This document shows, piece after piece, positions 36,521 to 48,100 of a stretch of 64,000 nucleotides of DNA. Source of the stretch: Monocercomonoides exilis PA203 (lineage: Eukaryota; Protista; Preaxostyla); contig LSRY02000002.1 of NCBI GenBank assembly GCA_001643675.2, positions 2,418,001 to 2,482,000 on the forward strand, given 5' to 3'. The position numbers were made by a program, and so were the translations under genes. Each line of letters opens with the position of its first letter. Positions within the stretch are counted from its first letter, which is position 1. The notes under the pieces were generated by a model that saw only the letters and a program-made list of their open reading frames with translations, searched no databases and was not told the origin of the DNA.

Positions 36521-38021
36521 GTTGGCTAATTGATTATTTTTTCTTTGTTTTTAATACAAGTTACGAAATATTAATTTGTTTGTCATTGAGTTAATAGTTT
36601 TTTAATTTTTCTATTCATTTGATTTTCGATGAACTTTCGATTAACTGAATTTTGAAGGTATATTTTGAATTAATAATCGTCAGTTCAAAAACCGAAATAA
36701 AAAAAATACCAGTTTATTAAAGAATTGGACATTTTCAAAAATTCATTAAAACAACATGTTTCAAAAACGAGATGTGAAACTTTTCATTTTTAACTTTCAC
36801 AAGCAAATAAAAATCAATCATGTTTTTTTGAAAAAATAAACGGTTGCAAAAAGTGTTTTCTTTCTTTTTTGAAACATTCCAAAGAATTTCAACTTTTAAA
36901 AACGAAATAATGTGTTATTAATTCATTTCAAAACAAAATCATGAAAAAAAGAAGAATGTCAAACGATAATTGTTTGTTGTGAAATAAATAATGAATCGCA
37001 TTGTGTGAAAACAAAATCATTGATCTTCAAAGATGATTCCATTTCAATCTAGTGAATAAGGAAATAATATTTCATAAAATAACATTTGTTATATGATTGA
37101 TCAGAATTGCTTCAGTTATGGGAAATCGTTATCTGTTTGTTCTTTTCGTTTTTGAACAATCGTTCTTTAATGATTGAATTGTTCGAGTTATGATTGAAAG
37201 AAATAACTTTAGGAACACATGAATATTCAAAAATAAGCGCAATGCAATTCTCACAGAAACAACTGGAAAATATTTATTCTCAAACTTTCTTCATGGATGT
37301 TTTAAAATTCAATTATGTTGAAACAATCGATACAAGGTTGTATTTATGTTATTTGTGTTGTCAGTTTTGTTTTTTTTTTATGTTTTTTAACTTGCTCATT
37401 TTTAGATCTGTTGATTAAGAGCGTATTTCATCTAAAAGCTTGCAGAGAAAAAATCAAAAGTTTTTATTTGAAAATAATGAATTCAAAACAATGATTGTCA
37501 TGTGTTTCTTATCTTCATGTTCATTTCTTGTTCAGAAACTCATCCGCAGTTATCATATTTCCAAAATGCGAATCTCAAATACAACCTTTGTAAGCGCTTG
37601 AAATTGATGGATTTTTTTTACATTTATTTTGGAAGTTCAAAGATTCATGAACGTCACTTTGTGAACAACAACTCACTGTGGAAATGAACAACATAAAACA
37701 TAAACACTTGTTTGCGTTGAATTATAAGAATTTGTTTGAAATTCAAATAATTCATTTCCAAGAATTAATTCTGTCTATCTTGTTAATCATTATTCGTTTT
37801 TGTAACAAAGATTTTTATTGCTTTGAAATATCTATTGATATTCAATTAAATAAAAAATTCTAAATTCTTTTTATCAATTCTTTTTTCTTGTATCCAACTT
37901 ATTAAACTATTTCACAAAAAACCTTACATTTCTGCTTTTTAATTATCAATTTTCCAGGAAAAAACTCCCTTTATTTCAATTATCTAAAAACTTATCATGG
38001 AAACATATCCGACTTGTCTCT

Positions 38022-39920
38022 ATGGAACTGTATTCTTTGGATCAGAATGTGCTAGCAATGATCACAGAAATGAAAGGTTTGCATTATCAATTCTTCAAAA
38101 CTTTTTATGCTTTCTTTGTGAATGTTTTCAGCCAAAGCAAACAAAAAGAAACTTCTTCATCAAATTCTCATTTTGAAACAGCAGAATTGGAAGGAGATCA
38201 AACATGTTTCATTTTGAGTGATGAAAATTCAATATCTTCGTCTGATCACACTGAAGTAGTTCTTCGAAAAGAAAAAAGGAGTCGCGATCAATTTTTGCAC
38301 AATTCACTGACAGATAATCTGCACAGCGATGATGAAACTGATTGCGTCGATTCTTCACATCGAATACCAAAAACATTTCAATCATCTCCGTCACAAACAA
38401 AAAATTCGTCAAACTCTTCTTCCCCATTGCAAATGAAAATGTTAAAAGAAAAAAGAACCAAGAAAGAAAAAAAGCATCCTGATTTCAAAACGCTCCAAAT
38501 AAGAAGGGAAATGCAGATTTCTCGTATTGAAAAAAGTGAAGTCCAATCACTTGAAGAAGAGGAAGAAGAAGAATAGTTTGGTGAATTGTTTTCATCATTA
38601 ATCAATGACAATACTGATGAACAATTCAGTTTGCCAATAATGTTTTTGATAGAACTTGGCAATCTTGTCAAATCGGATACGAGTTCTGTTCCAAAGAGGG
38701 GACCCCGAAAGACATTAACAGTTCACGATCAGATAATAATCTATCTTGAGTGGCTTTCAAGCAGAACCACCATGAAAAAGATAGCTGATGTTTTAAAAAT
38801 ATCGAGCACAATGGCTTCGAACAGCATTGATGAAATAAGACCACATCTATTACACATTTAAGAGAAGCTCTTTTCAGAGCCTCCAAGGCCTCCCTTTTGC
38901 CCATGCTGAGATTTCGCATCTGTTGATTTGTTGGTAGATGCTACGACAGTGAAAGTTCCTTGCCCACCAATAGCATATGATGACTCAAAGCAACTTTTTG
39001 ATGGTCATCATTATGTATATTGTATGAAGTTCGAAGTGGCAGTTTCAGCATGGCCGCCACATAAAGCACTGTTTGTGTCAGACGCTGTTGCAGGAGGTAT
39101 TCATGATGTATCTCTTTTCAGACAAGGGATGAAAAGATACATTGGGTATCTCAAGAAAACAGACAAGGAAAAAAGCGGAAGTTGTATTTATAATGAAAGC
39201 GAAAGCTGGGCTATTCTTGCCGACAAAGGATATCAAGGCTATTTTCCCGAGCTGAATATAATTACACCAATCCGAAAGAATTTTCCAACAAACAAGTTAC
39301 CGAAAATCTATTCTCATTATTTCAATTCTTGTGCTTCTCTTTCCTCCTCCTCCTCCACTTCTTCTTCATCTTCTCTTTCTTCTTCTTCTTCTTCTTTTTT
39401 GCCATCTTATTCTTCCTCTTCTGCTTCTGCAATGTCATCCACAGACTCATTATCGGAAATGTCACCTGTAAACACAGATGACTCTTTGCTAAACATTAAT
39501 CAGTTTTCTCACGAAGCTTCCTCCTCCACATTGTCTTCCAGAAAAGTGGAAGAAAATATCAAAACGTTTAATTCTATATTGGCCAGAAATAGAATCCCTG
39601 TTGAGTGGTTCTTTGGAAGGATGAAAAGGTTATGGCTTCAACTTTCAGATAAATACACAGGAGGAAGAGAAAATTTCTCAATGGATGCAAAGATTGCATG
39701 TTGGTTGACAAACGTTGTTATCGATTCCCACTGCTTGACTGAAGAAGATGGAATTTTTTTTAATAAAGAAATTGCTTTTTCTTCAATAAAGGAGATAGAG
39801 CAAAAGAAGATTAGGGAAATAAATATGAGAGCGGATACAGAAAGGAAACGAGTGAGAAAAAGCTTCAATCGATCAAACTCTGACATTCCACAAAATGTGA
39901 TCAACGATTCAGTTTTGTGA
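38022..39920 (+). mobile_element. PIF/Harbinger-superfamily (ISL2EU-like) DDE_Tnp_4 transposase, pseudogenised by three in-frame stops
   Basis: ORFs 38022, 38586 and 38928 share one frame, interrupted by TAG (38574), TAA (38859) and TGA (38907). HTH_Tnp_4-like RGPRKTLTVHDQIIIYLEWL..KIADVLKISSTMAS. Catalytic motifs LVDAT, GGIHD, ILADKGYQG and FNSILARNRIPVEWFFGRMKRLW. Confidence 0.88.
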
Positions 39921-40848
39921 AGCGACAAACTTTTGATTCTGATGAAATTTTTAATATTTTATTAAATTTTTTTCATCATTTTGCGATTTTGAATAAAATT
40001 ATTGGCAAAAATATATTTCAAAACATGAAGATGTTACAATTCAAATTTTTTCTTCAAATTAAATGCAAACAAACAGTGTTATGAAAGATACACTAAATAT
40101 ATCTTCTTTTGAAAATTCAATTTCAAAAAATTGAGGATGAAACAACAAAGTTTTCTTTTTTATTTTTTTTAAACTTAAAATGAAACATTCAAAATTTAGA
40201 AATAAAATTGAATAAACAAAAACATTTTCGTGCATGGTTACATCCATAATTCTATCAGAAACATTTCAATTCAATGATTTTTTAAAAACGTCCAGTAGAT
40301 TTAAGTTTTTCTCGGTTATTTCAAAATAACTGGGTTAATTTAAAATTCGTGGCTGAAACTTGAAATAACACATATAATTTGAAATAACCAATTTATTTCT
40401 CATTTTATCTAATAATTAATTACATTTTTCTGAATTTGCTGATTTCCTTTCATTCGAGAAACGAGAAACGACTTGGAAATATAATCTTAATAAACAAAAT
40501 TTGAAACTTATTTGAAAGATAGAAAGAATTAAAATTCAATAACTTTCTTATTTTTATTTTTTTATTATTTTATTATTATTTTTTTTTTTTTTTTGTTTGT
40601 TTGTTTATGAAAAAAAATATAGAATGCCATGCAATAAAAAACTATTTTTGTAAGATTTTGAAATGAATTTATGAGCTGAAAAATGCTTGTTAAGAAAATC
40701 TTAGTGACAATTGGAAAAAAAAAAATCACACAAAATTGAAAATGAAAGAAAAAAACATAATATATAGTGAAATGATTGACAAATGTAAAAGTGCTGCTAT
40801 TGAAAGTAGACGTACTATCACATCATTCTCATATATTCGTTATAATTC

Positions 40849-43651
40849 TTAAAATGGTGACTCTCTCTGAGACTTCTTCTTTTGATAAATCGCAATTATG
40901 ATGAACACTATTGTTGCAGCGACAATTATTGTTGACCCAACAGTCACCACAATTATTAAACCTATATCAGCCTGCTTCTTCTTTGGGTATTTATAATGAG
41001 GTATGTTTGCACAAGTACCACTTTCTGTTTCATAATACCCCATTTCGCATCCAGCAAATACACACTTTGTAGAATCATAAGAGCAATCAGAAGAAGTGTA
41101 AGGATGCCCGTATATTCCATGAGCCACTGCATTTTGCACATCAGTGCAGATCCCGCCGCCTGTTTTCACCTGCCACAAAAAGCACATCTCTCTCACAGGC
41201 ATCACATTAACAGAAACTTGCAGTCTGGAAAGAGCCTGTGAAAGTTCAGGTTGTGTGGGATAGGAGCGTAGTAGAACATCAGCAGGGCACACTTTCCACT
41301 CCAATGATTGATCTTTAGTGCTTTTGTCAAATGAGTATAAGTTTGTCATTGAGTAAGAGAAAGAAGTGCCTTTTCTTGGAAAGGGATTCGGAATAGAAGC
41401 CAAACCAAACTCATTTGACAAAATACCGGAAATATTTGAAGTGTAAGGTTGCATTAGCTTTACAACAGATTCAATGGCAGTAGATGAAATAACGTTACCT
41501 GCACTGAATGATGCCACATCATACTCAACAGTCTCATCATCAGCATCATTTTCTGTGTTTTTGTTCTGTCCAACAACCTCGTCTGTAATTGCAGCATTGA
41601 CGCTTGAGCTTTTTTTCCTGATCCAATTTGTTCCTCTCCCAACAATTTTACCCAAGTGTTTTTCTTGAATTTGTTTCAGAAACTGTCCGCATGTAGAACC
41701 GCACAATCCGTCAGTCAAAATGATCACATTGCTTGGATCGAATGGTTGAGTGCCAAAATACTTCCAAGAATCTTCAAGAGCCATGGTGAAGAAATCCAAT
41801 TCATCTTGGTTCCAAGCAAAGAACTGGCTCCACTCTCGTGTTCTGGTTACACCATTTCCCGATGAATTTGTAAGCCCAGTCTCCGTCACACTTCTTGGGT
41901 TGGCAAATACATCAGTAATAACGCTATCTACATCATAGACATCTGTTAATTTGCCATTCTCTGATTGGATTAATGTTTTCAGAAGATAGCTGTTCGCGTC
42001 TGTCTTCACCAGATCAAGCCGGCCATAAAGTGGAAATGCACTCGGATAGAGTAAGTGCAACAGAGACCGACCAAGCGCTACAATACCACCACCATTGGAG
42101 CACAGATCGATAATCAGTCCTGTTACTTTATTTTCCAGTGCGTAGTCGACAACAGATGCAATCGCTGAAAGCCAGTCAACAAGTTCTTGATCCGTTTCTG
42201 GTGAAAATGATACAATATGCAATGTTACAAAGTTGTTGTCCAAAAGATGATATCCAACAACATATGGGGTGAGAACAAGTTCAGAATATCTGATTGCCTT
42301 TGCCTTGTGAAAATCAGATTTCGTAATGTTGTTTGTATAGTGTGCAGATGAATGGAGTTCATGAGGCATGCTGTTGATTAGAGGGATGAGCTTTGAGGAA
42401 GCGCTGTTTTTGCTATTTGAATCAACAGGATCATCCAAAAACAACTTCTTTATTTCTGTTGAAGTCGAAATTGATTTAGGTCGAATAAGATTCTTGTTTT
42501 GTTTGACAAAATTTATCACTTCCTCTTCGGACATTTTTGATAATAGATTATTTGAAGATTTTCCTTTGTGGAATGGCTTTTCATCAGATTTTGGTATAAC
42601 TTCGAATTTTCGTTTAAACTGCATTTGCTCTTCCCTTTTGTTTCGTTCCTCTTCTTGGCTTTGACGCCATATTCTCTTAATTTCGTTGATTTTCTGTTGC
42701 TTTGACAGAGATCTGTCCTTATTTTGTGGCTCACTAAAGTCTATATTGTCATTTTTATTAGAATTACTGTTTTGAAGAGGGCAAGCGTTGTTCAAATTGT
42801 TAAATGCAATGGTAGAGAAAGCATAATACGGAATGCTTGCTTCCTGTTCGTTACCATTAGTATCAGAATATTTAACTTTTATATTCGCAGGAGGCATTGG
42901 ATAAATTGATGCTTGACGAAAATAAAAGGCACCTGTCAGAGCACCATTGAAACGTGCTGCTGGGGTCTTGGATAACGGAACATATTCTTCTGCCCATTTA
43001 GCAATTGTTTTCCAAGGGGCCTCACCTGGAACATAGTTTACCCCATCAATTGCAATTGCTGTAACTTTTCTATCAAATAATTTTAATGGATCTTTTTCGT
43101 TGTGTTGCTCGGAAATGCTTGCCATCGGGTGTTTGGATAAAGTTACTGTGGGCTCGGTTTCATCATTTTCTGCAGCAGTTACAACAAAAGAATAAGGAAG
43201 AACATAATAAAAAGAACTTAGACATGGAGGAGAGAAGAGTGTATGAGGATCCTTCATTTTCGCAATTGTAACAGAAACATTAGAATAAAAATCATAACCA
43301 CCTTCATGAGCTGCATTTAAAACATCATCCAATTCTTTGACAATATCCATTGCCAAGTATTTGTGAGGTGAAGGAGGATTCAACATATTATCTCTATATG
43401 CATAACTCGACAGATGAGACTTCAATGTGGAAATTGTATTTACAAATTCTGCTCCTTGAGGTGAATACTAAATCCAAAAAACGTTAATTTGTTGTGAAAT
43501 AAATGATATAGAATATAAATCTTGAACATACCGAAATTGTATTGAAACACTTCCGGATTTTATCATAATCATATATCACTCCTTTATTAAAAGTACATGC
43601 ATCAGCTTGGGTTGATGCAAACCGTAAAAATGCTAAAATTAAAATAATCAT
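40849..43651 (-). CDS. Type-I membrane peptidase S41-like protein (CPAF/tail-specific protease fold)
   Basis: Exon 43651-43532 (signal peptide MIILILAFLRFASTQA), intron 43531-43468, exon 43467-40849. Motifs KMKDPHT, LHIVSFSP, GLIIDLCSNGGG and catalytic-Ser motif ILTDGLCGSTC. Cys-rich juxtamembrane region and TM helix IGLIIVVTVGSTIIVAATIVFIIIAIY. Confidence 0.85.
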
Positions 43652-43773
43652 TAGATCTGACCCTTACACATTGTTTTATTGCGAAGTGATTGATTCTTAA
43701 AAAATAAATTAAAAAAAAAAAGAAAAGAAAAACTTTTATAAAAAATAAAACACAATGAAAGAGAATAGAGAGG

Positions 43774-44826
43774 TCATTGTTTAAATACTTTTTTCTCTTG
43801 GTCTTCAACATCTTCAAGTAAAGTCAAATATGAATCCAAAGGAGATTGAAGTCGTGTCCAAACGGCCATGAGATGTTCATATGATTGTGGTGAAGAATGA
43901 TATAGAGGAGAAAAAAAAGATGAAGAAGGAATTGATTGTTTTAGTTTTGTATCAGATTTTTCTTTATTATCCACTTTCCTCTTTTCTTCTTCTTTAAGAC
44001 AGCTTATTTTTCGATGATTAATTTTCCCTCTTTCCACTTTTTCTCTGTTGTGTCTAATTATTAAGTGCGTTATGGGAGATACTTTTTGCTTTTTCGAATC
44101 TTTACTCGAATTATTCTCCTCTTCCAAGGTTTCTGAAAATGAATCTTTTCCGGTTTCAAATTCACTTTCAATCTTGGGTGCATTTTCTTCTCCAGATTCA
44201 TCTTTCATTGCTGTTTCTAACAATTCATCAACAGATAATGCAAAAACAGGTATTGATAGGCCTTGTTCATCGATTGTACCAATAGATGTGAAATGAGTTT
44301 TGCTCTCCTGTGATGTCTTTTTCTGAGCTTTGCGTGTGCCATCAGTTTCAGATTTGCAACTCTCTCTGCTTTCGTTTTGAGAACCTAAATTCTCATCTTC
44401 AAAAAGTTGTGAAAAATCAGAAGACTCTAATTTTGACTCCTCTCCAATAACACATAAAGCGTCTGCCATTTTATCATATGGTCCGATTGAAAACGGTAAT
44501 TCTTGTGGAATTCCTTCATTTAATAATTGTTCGATTGACTTAACATTTAATATTTGATTATCCAAGAAGGAGCAAAGTGTTTGATCCACATTTTCTAGCA
44601 GAGATGAATATTCACGAGAGATGTTCAATCCAGACTTTGCTTGGTTCTCCTGTGTTTGTAAGGCATTACTTCTCAATTTTGTACTTTGAAATGTGGGCTC
44701 AGCAAATGAAGACTCAAGAGATGTAATTTGCTGGGCCAAACGATCTGTTGAAGATTTATTAACCATTGGAATATGAGAAGGATAAAATTCTGGCGATGTG
44801 GTACCAGTAACAAAAGTTCTTGACAT
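43774..44826 (-). CDS. Hypothetical protein (350 aa)
   Basis: Uninterrupted ATG-to-TGA ORF with coding-like composition between AT-rich spacers; no domain recognised. Confidence 0.7.
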   Translation of the reverse strand: MSRTFVTGTTSPEFYPSHIPMVNKSSTDRLAQQITSLESSFAEPTFQSTKLRSNALQTQENQAKSGLNISREYSSLLENVDQTLCSFLDNQILNVKSIEQLLNEGIPQELPFSIGPYDKMADALCVIGEESKLESSDFSQLFEDENLGSQNESRESCKSETDGTRKAQKKTSQESKTHFTSIGTIDEQGLSIPVFALSVDELLETAMKDESGEENAPKIESEFETGKDSFSETLEEENNSSKDSKKQKVSPITHLIIRHNREKVERGKINHRKISCLKEEEKRKVDNKEKSDTKLKQSIPSSSFFSPLYHSSPQSYEHLMAVWTRLQSPLDSYLTLLEDVEDQEKKVFKQ

Positions 44827-45108
44827 AATGATTTAAATGTGTACTTTGCAAAACAGTTCAAAATAGTACTTCTCAAAAAATCTGAATAATATAATTTAAT
44901 ATAAATCATAATTATATTGTGGAGAAGAGAAACATACGTCCTTGGAAATAAAATGTTCAAATCCAAATGCTCTTATCCCTTAAGTTTTTTCTTTTTTCCA
45001 CAAATAATTTTTGATAAAAGTATTTGTACAGAGAAAATGATTTGCATTCAAAAAATAAAATAAAATAAAATAATGAATATAAAATTAAATAAGACAAGAT
45101 AATTTAAT

Positions 45109-48100
45109 TCAAAACTTTCGAACATTTGAAAGAAATCCCTCATTTATAAACAGTTTAAGATCATTTCCCGTCATTTCCAGAATGATTTCCAGTGGAACGA
45201 TTTGAAGAAGTCCAGAACGAATTTCTTGAACATCAGATGCACAAAACACGACATCCGAAGCTTTGGATTCGCAATTTCCAGCTAGAAGAGACCAGAATGA
45301 AGAAGCAAGAGGAAGAGAGAGTGGGTAGCCAGACAGAGCACATACTCCCATAATCACTCCAAAGAATCGCAAATACTTTCTCTTCATTTCAAAAAACTCT
45401 TTTTGCGAAGTTGACTGCAGCCCCCAACCAGCTGGTGAATTTGAGCTATTCAGAATTAAGACTGAAGTTTCATTATCGTTGCAAACACTCAGCAAAGGCA
45501 ACTTGTTGTCATCTGCTTTCAATTGCTCTTCTCTTTCTTCTTCATCATCCATATTTTCCTGCTTGTTGAAAGGAGAGTTTCTGCAAAGTGGATTCAGTTC
45601 TTCTGAAATGTGTTGCAAGCACTCTTTCATTTCCCCAACAACCTCAGCATTTTCCCCTTCAAAGCCAACAACACGACAAGGTCGATCTTTTTCTGCTTCT
45701 CTTTCGCCTGAGCCCATCGCCTGGATCATCTTCAGCTTCTCCTTCATTTTTTCTTGTTTGATTCGCTCTTTCCTTTCCCGTTCTCTCTTTCTTTTTGCTT
45801 CCTTTTCTCGTTCATTTGCCTTTGCGCTTTCAGACATGAACGGGTTGATCAGCAATCCTAAATCAGACAAAAGCGCTCGGAAATCAGCACTTGGATCGAA
45901 GTTTTCGTCTTCTTCAATCAATTCTTGGTCTGTTTTTTCAATCTTTTCCAAACCTTTTCGCTTTTTGCCTGATGCATAAATTGCATCTTCGCTGTTTTCT
46001 TCTTCGTCTTCTTCAATCTCCATTCTCGGATCAATCAGCTCCAATGAAGTTGGCTGGCATCCATCGTAATCTTCATAAGTTGCTTGCAAATGCACTTTTT
46101 CTGCTTCAATGTTGTGAGTAGAATTGTCAGAACTGCAAAGCTTCTTGAACAACTTCATAAATTCTTGTGGTTTAGCCTTCACATTCACAGCTTCAATAAC
46201 AAAGCAATGGTCATTAGAATCGATCAATCCTCTTTCAATGCCATCTGCCAAAGCATTCATTGCCTGGACAAATATTGGCTTTCCGCTTTCCACTCGCAGA
46301 TGTACAATATCTCTCTTCACATTGATTGAAGAAGCCTTCATTTCCACTTCTTTCAACTCCTCTTTCGCATTCCATGTGGATGAGCTCTGTAATTGTAACA
46401 GTCTTTGTCGATGTCTTGTAATTGATGGAGAAATGAATAGCTCTCGTGTTATGTGCGAAGAAAGATGAAGCTTCCAGAGATTGATTTTGAGTGGCATCAA
46501 TAGAAGATGCTTCAGCGAAAGCATCATTTGGACAAAACTGTAAGAAGACGACAAAAGAAGATGAACAGGAACAGTTGAAATGAGACTAGAGACAGTTTTG
46601 TTAAGCAGAAGAATAAGTGACAATCTGATGCAGTAATACAATGCAATTTGTGGCTTGGAAATGAACGATGGAAAGATCAAGAAAAGCAGCTGAGGATCGC
46701 TAAGATTACGAATCAATGTAACATTTGATGCGACCATTTTTGAATTAACCAACTCAACCAATTCAGCATCGCTGAGCTTTGCTTCTTTTATTGCTGGAAT
46801 TTGCGGAATTTCAAAGTTATCAGCATTGACATAATCTTCCAATGCATGTACATTTTCAAACTTGGGAGTTAATGTAAGAATTGCAGTTCCTTTCGAAGCA
46901 CTTTTTGCTTCACTTGATTTGACGTTTATGCAAACTTTATTACCTTCAATGAATTTAATCGTTCCAATGCTCACCTTATTTGAATATACAGCAACATCCT
47001 TTGCTGCATCTGGAGATTCACTTTCATTAAATTTCTTTGACTTTACAGTCACCTGAGTATCGTCAGAAATATTTGAAAAGACTACATTTTCAACTTTTAT
47101 TTGAGACGTGTCTTTGAATGTGTATTCTATGCTCATGTCAGATTCTTGCTTGATCGATGGCAAACATGACTTGCCATCAAGTGAATTGCACAATGGTCGC
47201 AAGTCAGTTCCATTTGCATAAAGCAGTGCTTGAAATAGCATTATATGCGATTTTACCATTTTCAATAATCTTAGCAGCATTATTTGCTCAGCTGGAGAAT
47301 GCTTAGACGGGAGATCGCTTTTGCTGTGCAGCCCCAACAACTCGTTGGTCGAATACTTTTCAAAGAAAGAGTGAAACAGATGGAAATCTTCAAATAAGCG
47401 CTGCTGAAGGTGCTCCAAGTCTAATGCCAGAGACAAATCTTCAGTTGATACATACAAAGGAAAACTTGACTTTAAATACTCATTTACAGTTTCCGAAGAA
47501 GAAGATGATGACTTTAAAGAAAGAGATGAAATACATAATGAAGCATCATCTTTTCTTTCGTTATTGCAAAGCTCACACAAACAAGACATTTCAGCTTTCA
47601 GCTCCAACAAAGCCACAGAATTAGGGAGCAAATATTCAAATTCTTCTGATTCTATTCGCTTTCTAAAAGCTTCAAGCTGAAGAATAGGAAGACCATCGCG
47701 GACTGATAAAAATTCAGCAGCCGACAACTCGCTCAAACAAGTCACCGATCGATGAATCAAACTGGAAAGGAGGAAAGAGAAAATAGGAAGCAATTTACAG
47801 CGAGGATTCATCGAATAAACAATTTGTAAAAGAGGATAAAGAAATGGAGAAAGATCCAACAAAAGCTTCTTTTCAGTCTGCTCAATTGAAACAGACAACG
47901 GAAGACAGAGCAAAAGTTGGATGCTCCAAATTATAAATTCAAGAGAACCCTCAGAAGTAGCAGATTCGAGATTGTCCTTATGATAACCATCTTTTGATTG
48001 ATGTATGAGTTTCACACTCTTCAGAATTTCATCGTTCCAACTTGTCGAAATGAACTGCTTTTTGAATGAAGAAAGAGAGGGAAGGAGAGACGCTGACTTG

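Noticed and set aside
38574-38909. In-frame TAG/TAA as evidence for a TAR=Gln genetic code, or TGA as selenocysteine
   Set aside because: All three stop types occur in the same element, neighbouring host genes terminate normally at TAA or TGA, and an 18.9-kb ORF has no in-frame TAR. Nonsense decay is the simpler explanation.
43774-44826. Downstream ORF as the missing HECT C-lobe exon
   Set aside because: It has its own ATG context and no C-lobe motifs (no F.TG or P...TC.N-type segment).
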